This document shows, piece by piece, positions 27,885 through 36,572 of a stretch of DNA of 64,000 nt. The notes under the pieces were generated by a model, which saw nothing but the letters and a program-made list of their open reading frames with translations, was not told the origin of the DNA and searched no databases. Origin of the DNA: Dehalococcoidia bacterium (lineage in GTDB: Bacteria; Chloroflexota; Dehalococcoidia; Dehalococcoidales; UBA3254). The stretch lies in the NCBI GenBank assembly GCA_025361145.1, contig JANYAV010000014.1:84741-148740 (forward strand), written 5' to 3'. The translations under genes were made by a program, and so were the position numbers. Each line of letters opens with the position of its first letter. Within the stretch, counting starts at the first letter, position 1.

Positions 27885-27991
27885 TTTCCGTTCCTTAAAT
27901 AATAATTCCTTAATATCTTAATATTTTGACTTATTCTAACATATTTTATGCTTTAGTTGCCCCTTCAGCTATTCCCCGTTAGAATATATTA

Positions 27992-28924
27992 ATGGCTTTT
28001 ATTCGACCCGATATAATACGTCCTCCTAGCGAAGCTGCTTCCTATTTTTTACCGCTCACATTTGGCTGTTCTAATAACAGCTGTGGATTTTGTAGTTTCT
28101 ACGGCCAAAAACTACAGATCAGAGAACTAGAAGAAGTTAAAAAAGAAATTGACGCTCTTGCTGTTTTCAGTCAGTTTGGCATACACACTGCCGGTCAGCC
28201 AAATATTGTTTACTATATTGCTAATGAATGGGATGGGAGTAGAATCTTTTTACAAGATGGAGACGCACTAGTTTATCCTTTTCCTCAATTGGTCGAAGCG
28301 CTGGAATATTTAAACAACCGCTTCCCGCACTTAGAGCGCATCGCTTCATATGCTACAGCACAGGATATCTTGCGTAGAAGTAATGAGGAACTAATACAGC
28401 TTAGAAAACTAAAATTAGGCATTCTATATATGGGAGTAGAAAGTGGAGATGATACTATTTTGCAACAAATCAGCAAAGGCGTTACATCTCAACAAATAAT
28501 AGAGGCCGGACTCAAAATCAAAGATTCGGGTATATTAAGCTCAGTCACGGTTATTCTGGGACTGGGAGGAACTGACCATAGCCAGGAACATGCTACGGCT
28601 ACAGCCAGGGTATTGAGTGCTTTAGACCCTGATTACGCAGGAGCCTTAACACTCACGCTGGTTGAGGGTACACCCATTTACAATCAGGTCCAAAATAAGG
28701 ATTTTCATCTTATCTCGCCTTTGCAATCACTGCAGGAGTTAAAAACGATAATTGAAAACAGCAATTTTACCGATTGTTTTTTCAGTTCAATGCATGCGTC
28801 TAACTATCTATCTTTAAGGGGAAAACTCCCTGAGAATAAAACCCAGATGTTGGCACAATTGAACAGGGTGCTTTCCAGAAACGATTTTTCACTTTTACGG
28901 CCAGAATTTATGCGCGGTTTATAA
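27992..28924 (+). CDS. radical SAM domain protein (cluster motif spaced Cx4Cx2C)
   Basis: 310 aa with GCSNNSCGFC at codons 25-34 and a downstream Elp3-like (beta/alpha) core (MGVESGDD). Confidence 0.8.
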   Translation: MAFIRPDIIRPPSEAASYFLPLTFGCSNNSCGFCSFYGQKLQIRELEEVKKEIDALAVFSQFGIHTAGQPNIVYYIANEWDGSRIFLQDGDALVYPFPQLVEALEYLNNRFPHLERIASYATAQDILRRSNEELIQLRKLKLGILYMGVESGDDTILQQISKGVTSQQIIEAGLKIKDSGILSSVTVILGLGGTDHSQEHATATARVLSALDPDYAGALTLTLVEGTPIYNQVQNKDFHLISPLQSLQELKTIIENSNFTDCFFSSMHASNYLSLRGKLPENKTQMLAQLNRVLSRNDFSLLRPEFMRGL

Positions 28925-29036
28925 ATTATTAAGCCCAGTCTCTTTACACTAGACCCCTATATTTGATAAACTTTAGGAAAGAAAAATATCTTGGGTATTA
29001 GGTAAAACCAAAATATTCATAATTGGAGGGATTTTT

Positions 29037-29180
29037 ATGGGTAATCGAGATTTCGGTAAAGGGGAAAAAAAGAAAGCAAAGAAAGACACCAATAAAGGGC
29101 CAGTTATTTCCTCCGGTATTGTTGAGCCCAGACCTGAAGTTGAGGTTATTAAAAAGGGCAAAAAGAGCAAAGACTGGTAA
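29037..29180 (+). CDS. 47-aa lysine-rich small protein (not in the ORF track)
   Basis: My own translation gives MGNRDFGKGEKKKAKKDTNKGPVISSGIVEPRPEVEVIKKGKKSKDW. GGAGGG lies 6 nt upstream of the ATG. Confidence 0.4.
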   Translation: MGNRDFGKGEKKKAKKDTNKGPVISSGIVEPRPEVEVIKKGKKSKDW

Positions 29181-29262
29181 ATAATCTCGAAAATAGATTA
29201 GAGTTCCTAAAACAATAATATAACAAATTCATCAACTACAAAATGAATTAGCTATTAAAGAA

Positions 29263-29292
29263 AAACAGGCAGAGCAAATACTCTGCCTGTTT
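29263..29292. terminator. bidirectional intrinsic terminator
   Basis: A 12-bp perfect stem AAACAGGCAGAG/CTCTGCCTGTTT has a 6-nt loop and flanking A and T runs. It closes the minus-strand mobA-moeA-DUF362 unit. Confidence 0.7.
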
Positions 29293-29333
29293 ATTAATAA
29301 TTTTCCAAAATACCAATTATTCTCGTCTTACTT

Positions 29334-30089
29334 TTAAGCTTCAAAGCCAACGCGAGCGACTTTGACCAGGTCTAGATACTCAGACTTCACGTTGGCTATC
29401 TGGCAGGCATCATTGTCTATATCAAAGGGCTCACCTATTATGATTTTACCCAGATCAACAATTTTCCCATCTTTCAATAGTGGGCTGGTGCCTACAAACT
29501 GCTGACGGGCTTCTATGATGCCCACATCAAAGGGAAGAGTAAAATAAAGGTCAGCCAGCACTTTATCAATACCGAGACTGTATAGGCTATCCCAACCATT
29601 GGCTGAACGAGCTCCATATTTTGTGCTGGGCAGCGTAGAAAGCAAATTCATAACACTGAATTCCGGCCGGTCATTGATTACTCTCATCGTTGAGCATGAA
29701 ATCAGATAATCTGAGGATAAAATTACATTGGGGATCCAGAAAGTGGGTACAGCAAAGGGTTTGGGCAGAGGATTATCCACTTCTACCCAGATGCAATCCT
29801 TAACGTCCAACATTAACACGCGTTGAAAATTGTAACCTAGCGCTTGATATACCGGATAAATTGGGCTCCCACCGGGAGTTCCTTCGAGAATCAATATATC
29901 CGCATCACTGACCTCGCGTATACCTTCTATAATGCGTGCGATCAATTCCGGACTGGTAGTAACCGGGTAAGGAGACGGATAGCCCGCGCTGGGTTTGATC
30001 AGCACCCTTCTGGCCCTGGCAACCTCAGGCGGTGCCTTAAAATTAAATTCAGAGGCGTCGATTATCAATACGTTCTCCCATAAATTCAA
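29334..30089 (-). CDS. DUF362 domain-containing protein
   Basis: 251 aa. The segment RRVLIKPSAGYPSPYPVTTSPELIARIIEGIRE resembles the DUF362 core. The start codon is TTG. Confidence 0.55.
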   Translation of the reverse strand: MNLWENVLIIDASEFNFKAPPEVARARRVLIKPSAGYPSPYPVTTSPELIARIIEGIREVSDADILILEGTPGGSPIYPVYQALGYNFQRVLMLDVKDCIWVEVDNPLPKPFAVPTFWIPNVILSSDYLISCSTMRVINDRPEFSVMNLLSTLPSTKYGARSANGWDSLYSLGIDKVLADLYFTLPFDVGIIEARQQFVGTSPLLKDGKIVDLGKIIIGEPFDIDNDACQIANVKSEYLDLVKVARVGFEA

Positions 30090-30119
30090 CCCGCATTTAT
30101 ATTATATTTCAGGATTTAA

Positions 30120-31391
30120 CTAAATGTCCTGGCTCCAATCCAGCATTAACACTTTTAAAAGATCACCCTTACTAACTTTGGGGTTATCTTCAGGCACTAC
30201 TGCCAGACCATTAGCCGATGACATTGAGGTCAAATCGCCTGAACTTTGAGAACCGGTTAAATGGGCATAATACCGGTCTTCTTTCTTCTCAACCACGACT
30301 CGCGCGAACACCCTGCGTCCGTCATTATTCTTGATGCTGTCTTCAATAACAGCATCGATGGAAGGTTTATCAAAATTAGTTTTACCCATCATTTTTAATA
30401 TTGCCGGACGTACAAATAACTCGAAATTTACCATGCAGCTAACGGTGTTGCCGGCTAATCCTAGATGAGGCAGATCTTGAACCACTTTGTCATCTCTTAC
30501 TCTACGGATAGCACCAAAAGCTAAAGGTTTACCAGGTTTAGCACGTACTTTCCAGAAAACTATCTCACCCTGCTTGGCCAGGACGTCTTTTACCAAATCA
30601 TAATCGCCCATGGAAACACCGCCAGTAGTTACCAGTAGGTCAGCGTCCAGGGCTTGATTGATTTTAGCGACCACTGAGGCCTCAGTATCCAGAGCTATGC
30701 CCACTATTCTGGGTATACCGCCTTCTCTGATCACCTGAGCAGCGATGCTGTAGGTATTACTGTTATAAATCTTCCCTTCAGCTAGCGGCTCGCCCAAATT
30801 AGTCAGCTCATCGCCTGTGGACAGAATCGCTACAACAGGACGACGAATAACCTTTACCTTAGCCCGTCCCATTGAAGCCATTACGCCTATCTCAGAGGGT
30901 CTGATAATCTTGCCTTTAGTTAGTACCAGATCGCCTTTTTTTATACTTTCTCCGGCTTTACGGATATTGGCTCCATTAAGCTCTTCAGTAAAGACGCCTA
31001 TTTCAGAGGGTATTTTACTATCAGAGACAGGCCGTGAAGTCTCATCGGTATCTTCAAAACCCACCACGCAGTCCGCTCCCTCAGGAGTAGGCGCTCCGGT
31101 CATAATTCTAACAGCGGTGCCAGGTTCTACTCTTTTATGGGGATTGCCTCCGGCTACGATATAATCAATGACTTTTAATATCCGCGGATTTTGCGGTCCG
31201 GCGCCTTTTATATCAGCCGCTCTCAACGCGTAACCATCCAGTGCGGAGTTATCTTTGGGCGGCACATTTATATCTGAATATACGTCCTCGGCCAAAACTT
31301 GACCCAGACTTTCCAGCAACCCTTTCTCTTCTACGCCCAACGGCTTGATACTGGATAAAATTTTATCCAGAGCTGTTTCTACACTTATCAA
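30120..31391 (-). CDS. moeA: molybdopterin molybdotransferase
   Basis: 423 aa with the MoeA four-domain pattern (GYALRA, TTGGVSMGDYD). Confidence 0.9.
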   Translation of the reverse strand: MISVETALDKILSSIKPLGVEEKGLLESLGQVLAEDVYSDINVPPKDNSALDGYALRAADIKGAGPQNPRILKVIDYIVAGGNPHKRVEPGTAVRIMTGAPTPEGADCVVGFEDTDETSRPVSDSKIPSEIGVFTEELNGANIRKAGESIKKGDLVLTKGKIIRPSEIGVMASMGRAKVKVIRRPVVAILSTGDELTNLGEPLAEGKIYNSNTYSIAAQVIREGGIPRIVGIALDTEASVVAKINQALDADLLVTTGGVSMGDYDLVKDVLAKQGEIVFWKVRAKPGKPLAFGAIRRVRDDKVVQDLPHLGLAGNTVSCMVNFELFVRPAILKMMGKTNFDKPSIDAVIEDSIKNNDGRRVFARVVVEKKEDRYYAHLTGSQSSGDLTSMSSANGLAVVPEDNPKVSKGDLLKVLMLDWSQDI

Positions 31392-31392
31392 T

Positions 31393-32001
31393 CTATTGGT
31401 CCCCTTGTTCAGCGATTTCCCTTCCTGCCATCAAATCAGACTCGGTATTTATGTTAAAAAAACTCAGATGATGAGGGTCTAATTGCTCGATATCGCTAGT
31501 ATTCAAATAACGTACTTTTATCATAGAATAAAGCTCTTTAATGGAGAGCTTGTTTTGTTCTATTAAATACTGCATGGCCTGCAGGCAATTCCGGGAATAA
31601 ACAGCGTGTAAAGGCTCAGCCGTATCTTTGACCATTGGAACTACCGCATCATAACCCTCGGATAGCTCAATCATATGTCTGAATAGCTCCAAATTAAGAA
31701 AGGGCATATCGCACGCTGTTGCCAAATTATAAGTTCTATCAGACACCGATAGACCGCTATATAATCCCCCTAATGACCCCTTGTCTGGAATAATATCTTT
31801 TATGACTTTGATACCAGGATAATTTTTCAGCTCAGGTAAAACCGAATCCTGCGCAACTACTACATATATTTGACTATTAAAGTAAGCGAGCCGGTTAATG
31901 ACTCTAACCAATAGATTTTGAGTTCCAACTTTTTCCAGCAATTTATTGCGTCCTAGCCTTGAGCTTTTACCACCGGCTAGCACTATACAGTTGACGTCCA
32001 A
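31393..32001 (-). CDS. mobA: molybdenum cofactor guanylyltransferase
   Basis: 202 aa with LAGGKSSRLG. The start codon is TTG, with GGTGAGGG upstream. Confidence 0.85.
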   Translation of the reverse strand: MDVNCIVLAGGKSSRLGRNKLLEKVGTQNLLVRVINRLAYFNSQIYVVVAQDSVLPELKNYPGIKVIKDIIPDKGSLGGLYSGLSVSDRTYNLATACDMPFLNLELFRHMIELSEGYDAVVPMVKDTAEPLHAVYSRNCLQAMQYLIEQNKLSIKELYSMIKVRYLNTSDIEQLDPHHLSFFNINTESDLMAGREIAEQGDQ

Positions 32002-32114
32002 AATAGTAAACCCTCACCTACCCAGCCCGCAACTCTCATTACTATTTTACCATAAATGTCAAATTATGGCATTAGTTATTTTGATAATCTTATAAAGATC
32101 ATCGTAGTTTAAAT

Positions 32115-32151
32115 AATAATTCCCCTTCATTGAGCGTGAAGGGGAATTATT
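32115..32151 (-). terminator. hairpin terminator after the tusA-like gene
   Basis: A perfect 15-bp stem AATAATTCCCCTTCA/TGAAGGGGAATTATT has a 7-nt loop. Confidence 0.65.
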
Positions 32152-32177
32152 GGTAAGTATTTATAAATATAAAAAGT

Positions 32178-32426
32178 CTAAACTGCTAACTTCTTGACGT
32201 AAACTTTAATCTCTCCGTTTTCCTCTTCCATTCCCACACATTCATTACCCGTAGTTTTGCACCAGGCCGGCATATCTTGCTTAATCCCTTTATCATCAGC
32301 CACCACTTCCAGAGTTTCGCCGGTTTTCATCTTCTTTATTTCTTGAGAGGTTTTTATGACCGGCATCGGACAATATAATCCCACACAATCCAAAATTTTA
32401 TCGGCTTTCATAAAATCCTCCTCCAA
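32178..32426 (-). CDS. TusA/SirA-family sulfurtransferase
   Basis: 82 aa with the CPMP active-site motif (GLYCPMPV). Confidence 0.85.
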   Translation of the reverse strand: MEEDFMKADKILDCVGLYCPMPVIKTSQEIKKMKTGETLEVVADDKGIKQDMPAWCKTTGNECVGMEEENGEIKVYVKKLAV

Positions 32427-32435
32427 GCTATTACT

Positions 32436-32924
32436 TTAAATAAAAAGAGTAACCTTAGATTCCTTAGCCTGGCCAAGGAAGAAAGCAGCGCCTGCCTGGC
32501 TCATAATACCATCCCTAAAAGCATCATCTGGCAATCCTAATATGCCGCAGGAAGTTGAACAGGGTATCATCTTGATATCCATTTGTTTTGCCATCTCGAT
32601 AAATTCATCGATAGATGGCATATTTTTCTGCTTCATCATCTTTTTCATCATCCAGGTGCCCAACCCCAGCATATTGAATTGGGACATTTTAAGGCGGCTG
32701 GAACCACCCCGGTTCATAATATTGAGAATTTTTCTCATAAAGCCCTGACCCTTAATGCTGCCTTTATCACGTTTGATAATATTGAGTCCCCAGAAGGTGA
32801 AAAACATGGTTACATCCATACCCATACTGGCCGCAGTAGTAGCGAGTATAAAAGCGGCCAGCGCTTTATCAAGTTCGCCACTAAAAATAACTAAAGTCAT
32901 TTTTTCTTTCTCAGCCATTTTCAA
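32436..32924 (-). CDS. DsrE/DsrF-like family protein
   Basis: 162 aa. The segment LVIFSGELDKALAAFILATTAASMG and the C-terminal Cys pair are typical of DsrE-like proteins. It is paired with the TusA-like gene. Confidence 0.75.
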   Translation of the reverse strand: MKMAEKEKMTLVIFSGELDKALAAFILATTAASMGMDVTMFFTFWGLNIIKRDKGSIKGQGFMRKILNIMNRGGSSRLKMSQFNMLGLGTWMMKKMMKQKNMPSIDEFIEMAKQMDIKMIPCSTSCGILGLPDDAFRDGIMSQAGAAFFLGQAKESKVTLFI

Positions 32925-32962
32925 TCCCCCTCGACCATCTTATATAAGACAGGCCAACCGGA

Positions 32963-33454
32963 TCAGGCTTTTTCTTCTTTATGAGCTGCAGCGTGACATG
33001 AACCGCAAATCGAATTTTCGTCTGCCTCTCCTTCTTCATGCTCACAGAATGGGCAACCTTTACCTTCTTCTATTTGTAATCTGCCCTGTTTTATCAAATA
33101 GTCATCAATAGCTTTGTTTAGAGCCTGAGCGCCAAGGTTAGAACAATGGAATTTTTGCTTGGGCAAGCCTTCCAACTCCTTAGCCACCATTTCAGGAGTT
33201 ATTTTTTGAGCTTCTTCTAGCGATTTGCCCATTGCCATTTCGCTTACCATGCTGGAAACAGCGATGGCGGCACCGCAGCCAAAGGTTTTGAATTTTACAT
33301 CAGATAGTTTATCTTCTTTGACCTTGATATAGAAAGTCATCATATCGCCGCAGACCGGGTTTCCCACTTCACCTACCCCATCGGCATTTTCTATTTCACC
33401 AACATTACGCGGATGCATGAAATGATCCATTACTTTTTCATTGTAAACAGGCAT
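32963..33454 (-). CDS. iscU: IscU/NifU-N-type Fe-S scaffold with a Cys-rich C-terminal extension
   Basis: The three scaffold Cys residues are present (VCGD, GCGA, HCS). There is an additional CPFC...CGSC tail. Confidence 0.9.
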   Translation of the reverse strand: MPVYNEKVMDHFMHPRNVGEIENADGVGEVGNPVCGDMMTFYIKVKEDKLSDVKFKTFGCGAAIAVSSMVSEMAMGKSLEEAQKITPEMVAKELEGLPKQKFHCSNLGAQALNKAIDDYLIKQGRLQIEEGKGCPFCEHEEGEADENSICGSCHAAAHKEEKA

Positions 33455-33455
33455 A

Positions 33456-34646
33456 TTACTGGCCTCCTTTATTTGCCTTTAAAAATTTATCATAAACCGG
33501 TGACATTTGTCTTAATCTAACCACTATAGGCGACATCTCTTCCACTACGTATTGCATGTCATCAATAGAGTTATCTATTCCCAAGGTGAAAACTAGAGAT
33601 CCTTGAGCTATCTCATGAGTATAACCCATAGCCATTAAAACATGCGAAATTTTCAAAGCGCGGGAAGTGCAGGATGACCCAGATGATACTGCTATGCCCA
33701 CACTGTTAAGCATCATCAACATCGATTCGCCCTCTATGAACTCGACACAGAAACTAGCGTGTCCCGGCAATCTGTTTTGAGGATGGCCAGTTAAAACCAC
33801 ATGACTTATTTTTTCGGTTAATCCTTTGATCAAACTATCACGCATTGGAATAAGCTTGTTCATACGATTAACAACATCTACAGCCGCGATTTCAGCTGCT
33901 TGCCCCAAACCAACGATAGATGCCACGTCTTCTGATCCCGCTCGACGTCCGCCTTCCTGAATACCACCGTCTAGCAACGGGATAATGCGGACCCCTTTTT
34001 TAACCCAAAGAGCAGCACCGCCTTTAGGCCCATAAAATTGATTTCCGGCCAAACTCAGGGCATCTACACCTAGATCTTTCACATTCACGGGAATATTACC
34101 GCAACTAGCTATCGCATCAGTATGCAATAATATCCCTTTTTCACGTGTAATGGCACTGATTTCTTTAATAGGTTGTATCGTGCCCACTTCGCCATTGGCA
34201 TGCATGATAGAAACTAAAATAGTATCTTCACGCAGATTCTGCCGTACATCTTCAGGATTAACCACACCATTCTTATCTACCGGAACCAGCGAAAGCTGAA
34301 AGCCCATTTTCTCCAAAGATCGGGCTGCATTCATAACTGAAAAATGCTCTATGGCGGAAATGACAATATGTTTGCCTTTGCTTTGAAGGGCTGTCGCCAA
34401 ACCTTTAATAGCAAAATTATTACTTTCCGTTCCGCAGGAAGTAAAAATTATCTCTTCTGAGGCATCCGTTCCTATCAAGGCACCCACCTGCTCCCTGGCC
34501 TTATCCATGGCGTCTCTAGGCGCATCCCCCCAGTTGTGAAGTGACATGGGATTGCCAAAACTCTCCCCTAAGAAAGGCAGCATGGCATCTCTTACAGCTG
34601 GAAGTAAAGGTGTGGTTGCATAATGGTCTAAATACACTTTTCTCAT
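33456..34646 (-). CDS. NifS/IscS-family protein lacking the PLP Schiff-base lysine
   Basis: 396 aa with a class V aminotransferase fold and the Cys loop SSGSSCTS. The canonical SGHK(I/L)YGPKG reads AGNQFYGPKG; I verified codons 34038-34046. Confidence 0.85.
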   Translation of the reverse strand: MRKVYLDHYATTPLLPAVRDAMLPFLGESFGNPMSLHNWGDAPRDAMDKAREQVGALIGTDASEEIIFTSCGTESNNFAIKGLATALQSKGKHIVISAIEHFSVMNAARSLEKMGFQLSLVPVDKNGVVNPEDVRQNLREDTILVSIMHANGEVGTIQPIKEISAITREKGILLHTDAIASCGNIPVNVKDLGVDALSLAGNQFYGPKGGAALWVKKGVRIIPLLDGGIQEGGRRAGSEDVASIVGLGQAAEIAAVDVVNRMNKLIPMRDSLIKGLTEKISHVVLTGHPQNRLPGHASFCVEFIEGESMLMMLNSVGIAVSSGSSCTSRALKISHVLMAMGYTHEIAQGSLVFTLGIDNSIDDMQYVVEEMSPIVVRLRQMSPVYDKFLKANKGGQ

Positions 34647-34673
34647 AAGACCCCCCTTCCTTATTGTCGATGA

Positions 34674-35588
34674 TTAGCCGATTGCTAACATTTTATCAAC
34701 CGCTTTCTTAGCTTTGACTCTCACTGATTCCGTTACTTTTATTACCGGGGATAAGGTTTCCAAAGAGTTTAATATTTTATCTAAAGTGATCAATTTCATG
34801 CGCGGACAAACCGCTTGCTCAGAAGCCGCAATAAAAGTTTTATGAGGATTTTCTTTCCTTAGACGATAAATAAGGCCGATTTCAGTAGCCACGATAATTT
34901 CATTTCGGCTGGTCGAGCGAGCTAAGCGAAGCATGCCACCTGTACTCAAAACATAATCAGCTAGAGAGGAGGTCTCAGGTCTGCACTCAGGATGGGCTAA
35001 AACAATCGCCTGAGGATGGTCTTTCTTAGCTCTTAATATATCTTCTGGCCGTATACGGGCGTGGGTGGGGCAGTAGCCGGGCCAGAATTCCATCTTTATA
35101 CCGGTCTTTAAAGAAATATATGCCCCCAGGTATTGATCTGGGATAAATAGAATTTTATGAGCCCCTAAACTTTGTACCACCCTGTCGGCATTAGCTGAGG
35201 TACAGCAGATATCCGATTCCGCTTTGACTTGGGCGGAAGAATTGACGTAGGTTACTACTAAAGCGTCCGGCAATTCTTTTTTCCGTTCGATTAATTGTTG
35301 AGCGTTGATCATATTAGCCATCGGACAACCGGCATTTAAATCCGGCAACAATACCGTTTTGTCTGGGCACAGAATAGAAGCGGTTTCTGCCATAAAATGA
35401 ACACCGCAGAATACAATTACATCCGCTTTTGTTTTCGCGGCCTGCTGGCTTAGTTCCAGAGAGTCGCCAACAAAATCCGCAATATCCTGTATCTCGCCCA
35501 ACTGGTAATTATGAGCGAGTATTACCGCATTGCGTTTGATTTTAAGATCCCGTATGGTTTGAGTTAACCCAAAATTGATATCCTGCAT
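34674..35588 (-). CDS. nadA: quinolinate synthase
   Basis: 304 aa in the NadA family (ILAHNYQ, FCGVHFMAET). Confidence 0.95.
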   Translation of the reverse strand: MQDINFGLTQTIRDLKIKRNAVILAHNYQLGEIQDIADFVGDSLELSQQAAKTKADVIVFCGVHFMAETASILCPDKTVLLPDLNAGCPMANMINAQQLIERKKELPDALVVTYVNSSAQVKAESDICCTSANADRVVQSLGAHKILFIPDQYLGAYISLKTGIKMEFWPGYCPTHARIRPEDILRAKKDHPQAIVLAHPECRPETSSLADYVLSTGGMLRLARSTSRNEIIVATEIGLIYRLRKENPHKTFIAASEQAVCPRMKLITLDKILNSLETLSPVIKVTESVRVKAKKAVDKMLAIG

Positions 35589-35610
35589 GAATCCTCGTCT
35601 TAAACCAATA

Positions 35611-36051
35611 TTATTTAGTGTTAACCCTTATCCTGTCTCCGGCAGCGACTTCTCCACCTTTAATGACTTTGGCGAAAACACCTTCTTTGGGCATAATACA
35701 TTTTCCGGTTTGTTTAAAAATGGTGCAGCCGGTGTGACATTCTTTGCCGATCTGGCTAATTTCAAGTACCACGTTTTCACCTATATTAAGCAGGGTTCCG
35801 ATGGGCAAAGTGTTCAATACTATACCTTCGGAGGTTATATTCTCGGCGAAATCACCCGGCTTAACGTCATAGCCTTCCTTGCGCATTTTTTCTATGCTTT
35901 CAAGCGCCAATAAACTCACCTGTCGGTGCCATCCTGAATCTGCATGGGCGTCCCCAATTAAACCGAAACCCTCTTTGAGGGTTCCCTTTTTAATATCAAC
36001 CTTTTTAATACCTTTTTTTTCACTACGGCAGACCGCTATTACACTTGCCAC
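35611..36051 (-). CDS. MOSC domain-containing protein
   Basis: 146 aa with the MOSC beta-barrel pattern (RQVSLLALES, PGDFAENIT). Confidence 0.8.
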   Translation of the reverse strand: MASVIAVCRSEKKGIKKVDIKKGTLKEGFGLIGDAHADSGWHRQVSLLALESIEKMRKEGYDVKPGDFAENITSEGIVLNTLPIGTLLNIGENVVLEISQIGKECHTGCTIFKQTGKCIMPKEGVFAKVIKGGEVAAGDRIRVNTK

Positions 36052-36077
36052 TAATCACTCCATTCAAATTGATCATA

Positions 36078-36509
36078 TTATACATTATAGCTAATAGGAT
36101 GGTCTAAACTTGATAGCAAACGATGTTCTTTCATTATGCAGCGATCCTGAACCACTTTTAATCCAGCTTGGCGAGCTTTGTTAGCTGCTTGCTCGTTCTT
36201 GACACCTTCTTGCATCCAGACTGCGCCGGCCCCTATAATGATGGCTTGATCCACAATCGGCTCTACATCTTCGGAGCGCCTAAAAATGTTTACGAGATCT
36301 AATCTCTCAGGAACAGCTTTTAAATTGGGGTAGCAGGTTTCCCCTAACACTCTGGTTTCTTTGGGATTGACCGGAATTACTCTATAACCCTGATTGATGA
36401 GATATTTACCGATTATATGACTAGGGCGTTCCTCGTTAGAAGAAATTCCAACTATCGCAATGGTTTTACAATTAGATAATATTTCTTGTTCTGTACTCAC
36501 TGCCCTCAC
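36078..36509 (-). CDS. CoA-binding domain protein (YccU/YneT-like)
   Basis: 143 aa with IAIVGISSNEERPS and VWMQEG. Confidence 0.8.
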   Translation of the reverse strand: MRAVSTEQEILSNCKTIAIVGISSNEERPSHIIGKYLINQGYRVIPVNPKETRVLGETCYPNLKAVPERLDLVNIFRRSEDVEPIVDQAIIIGAGAVWMQEGVKNEQAANKARQAGLKVVQDRCIMKEHRLLSSLDHPISYNV

Positions 36510-36572
36510 TCCTAGACTAATCTGGGATAAATTATATCATTGAAGATCTCGGAGGATAATTTGCCCATCTCA

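Noticed and set aside
28973-29170. 65-aa minus-strand ORF
   Set aside because: It is the antisense shadow of the SD-led Lys-rich plus-strand ORF 29037-29180. It has no SD, and its Phe/Leu-rich sequence is what AAA/AAG-rich coding DNA gives when read backwards.
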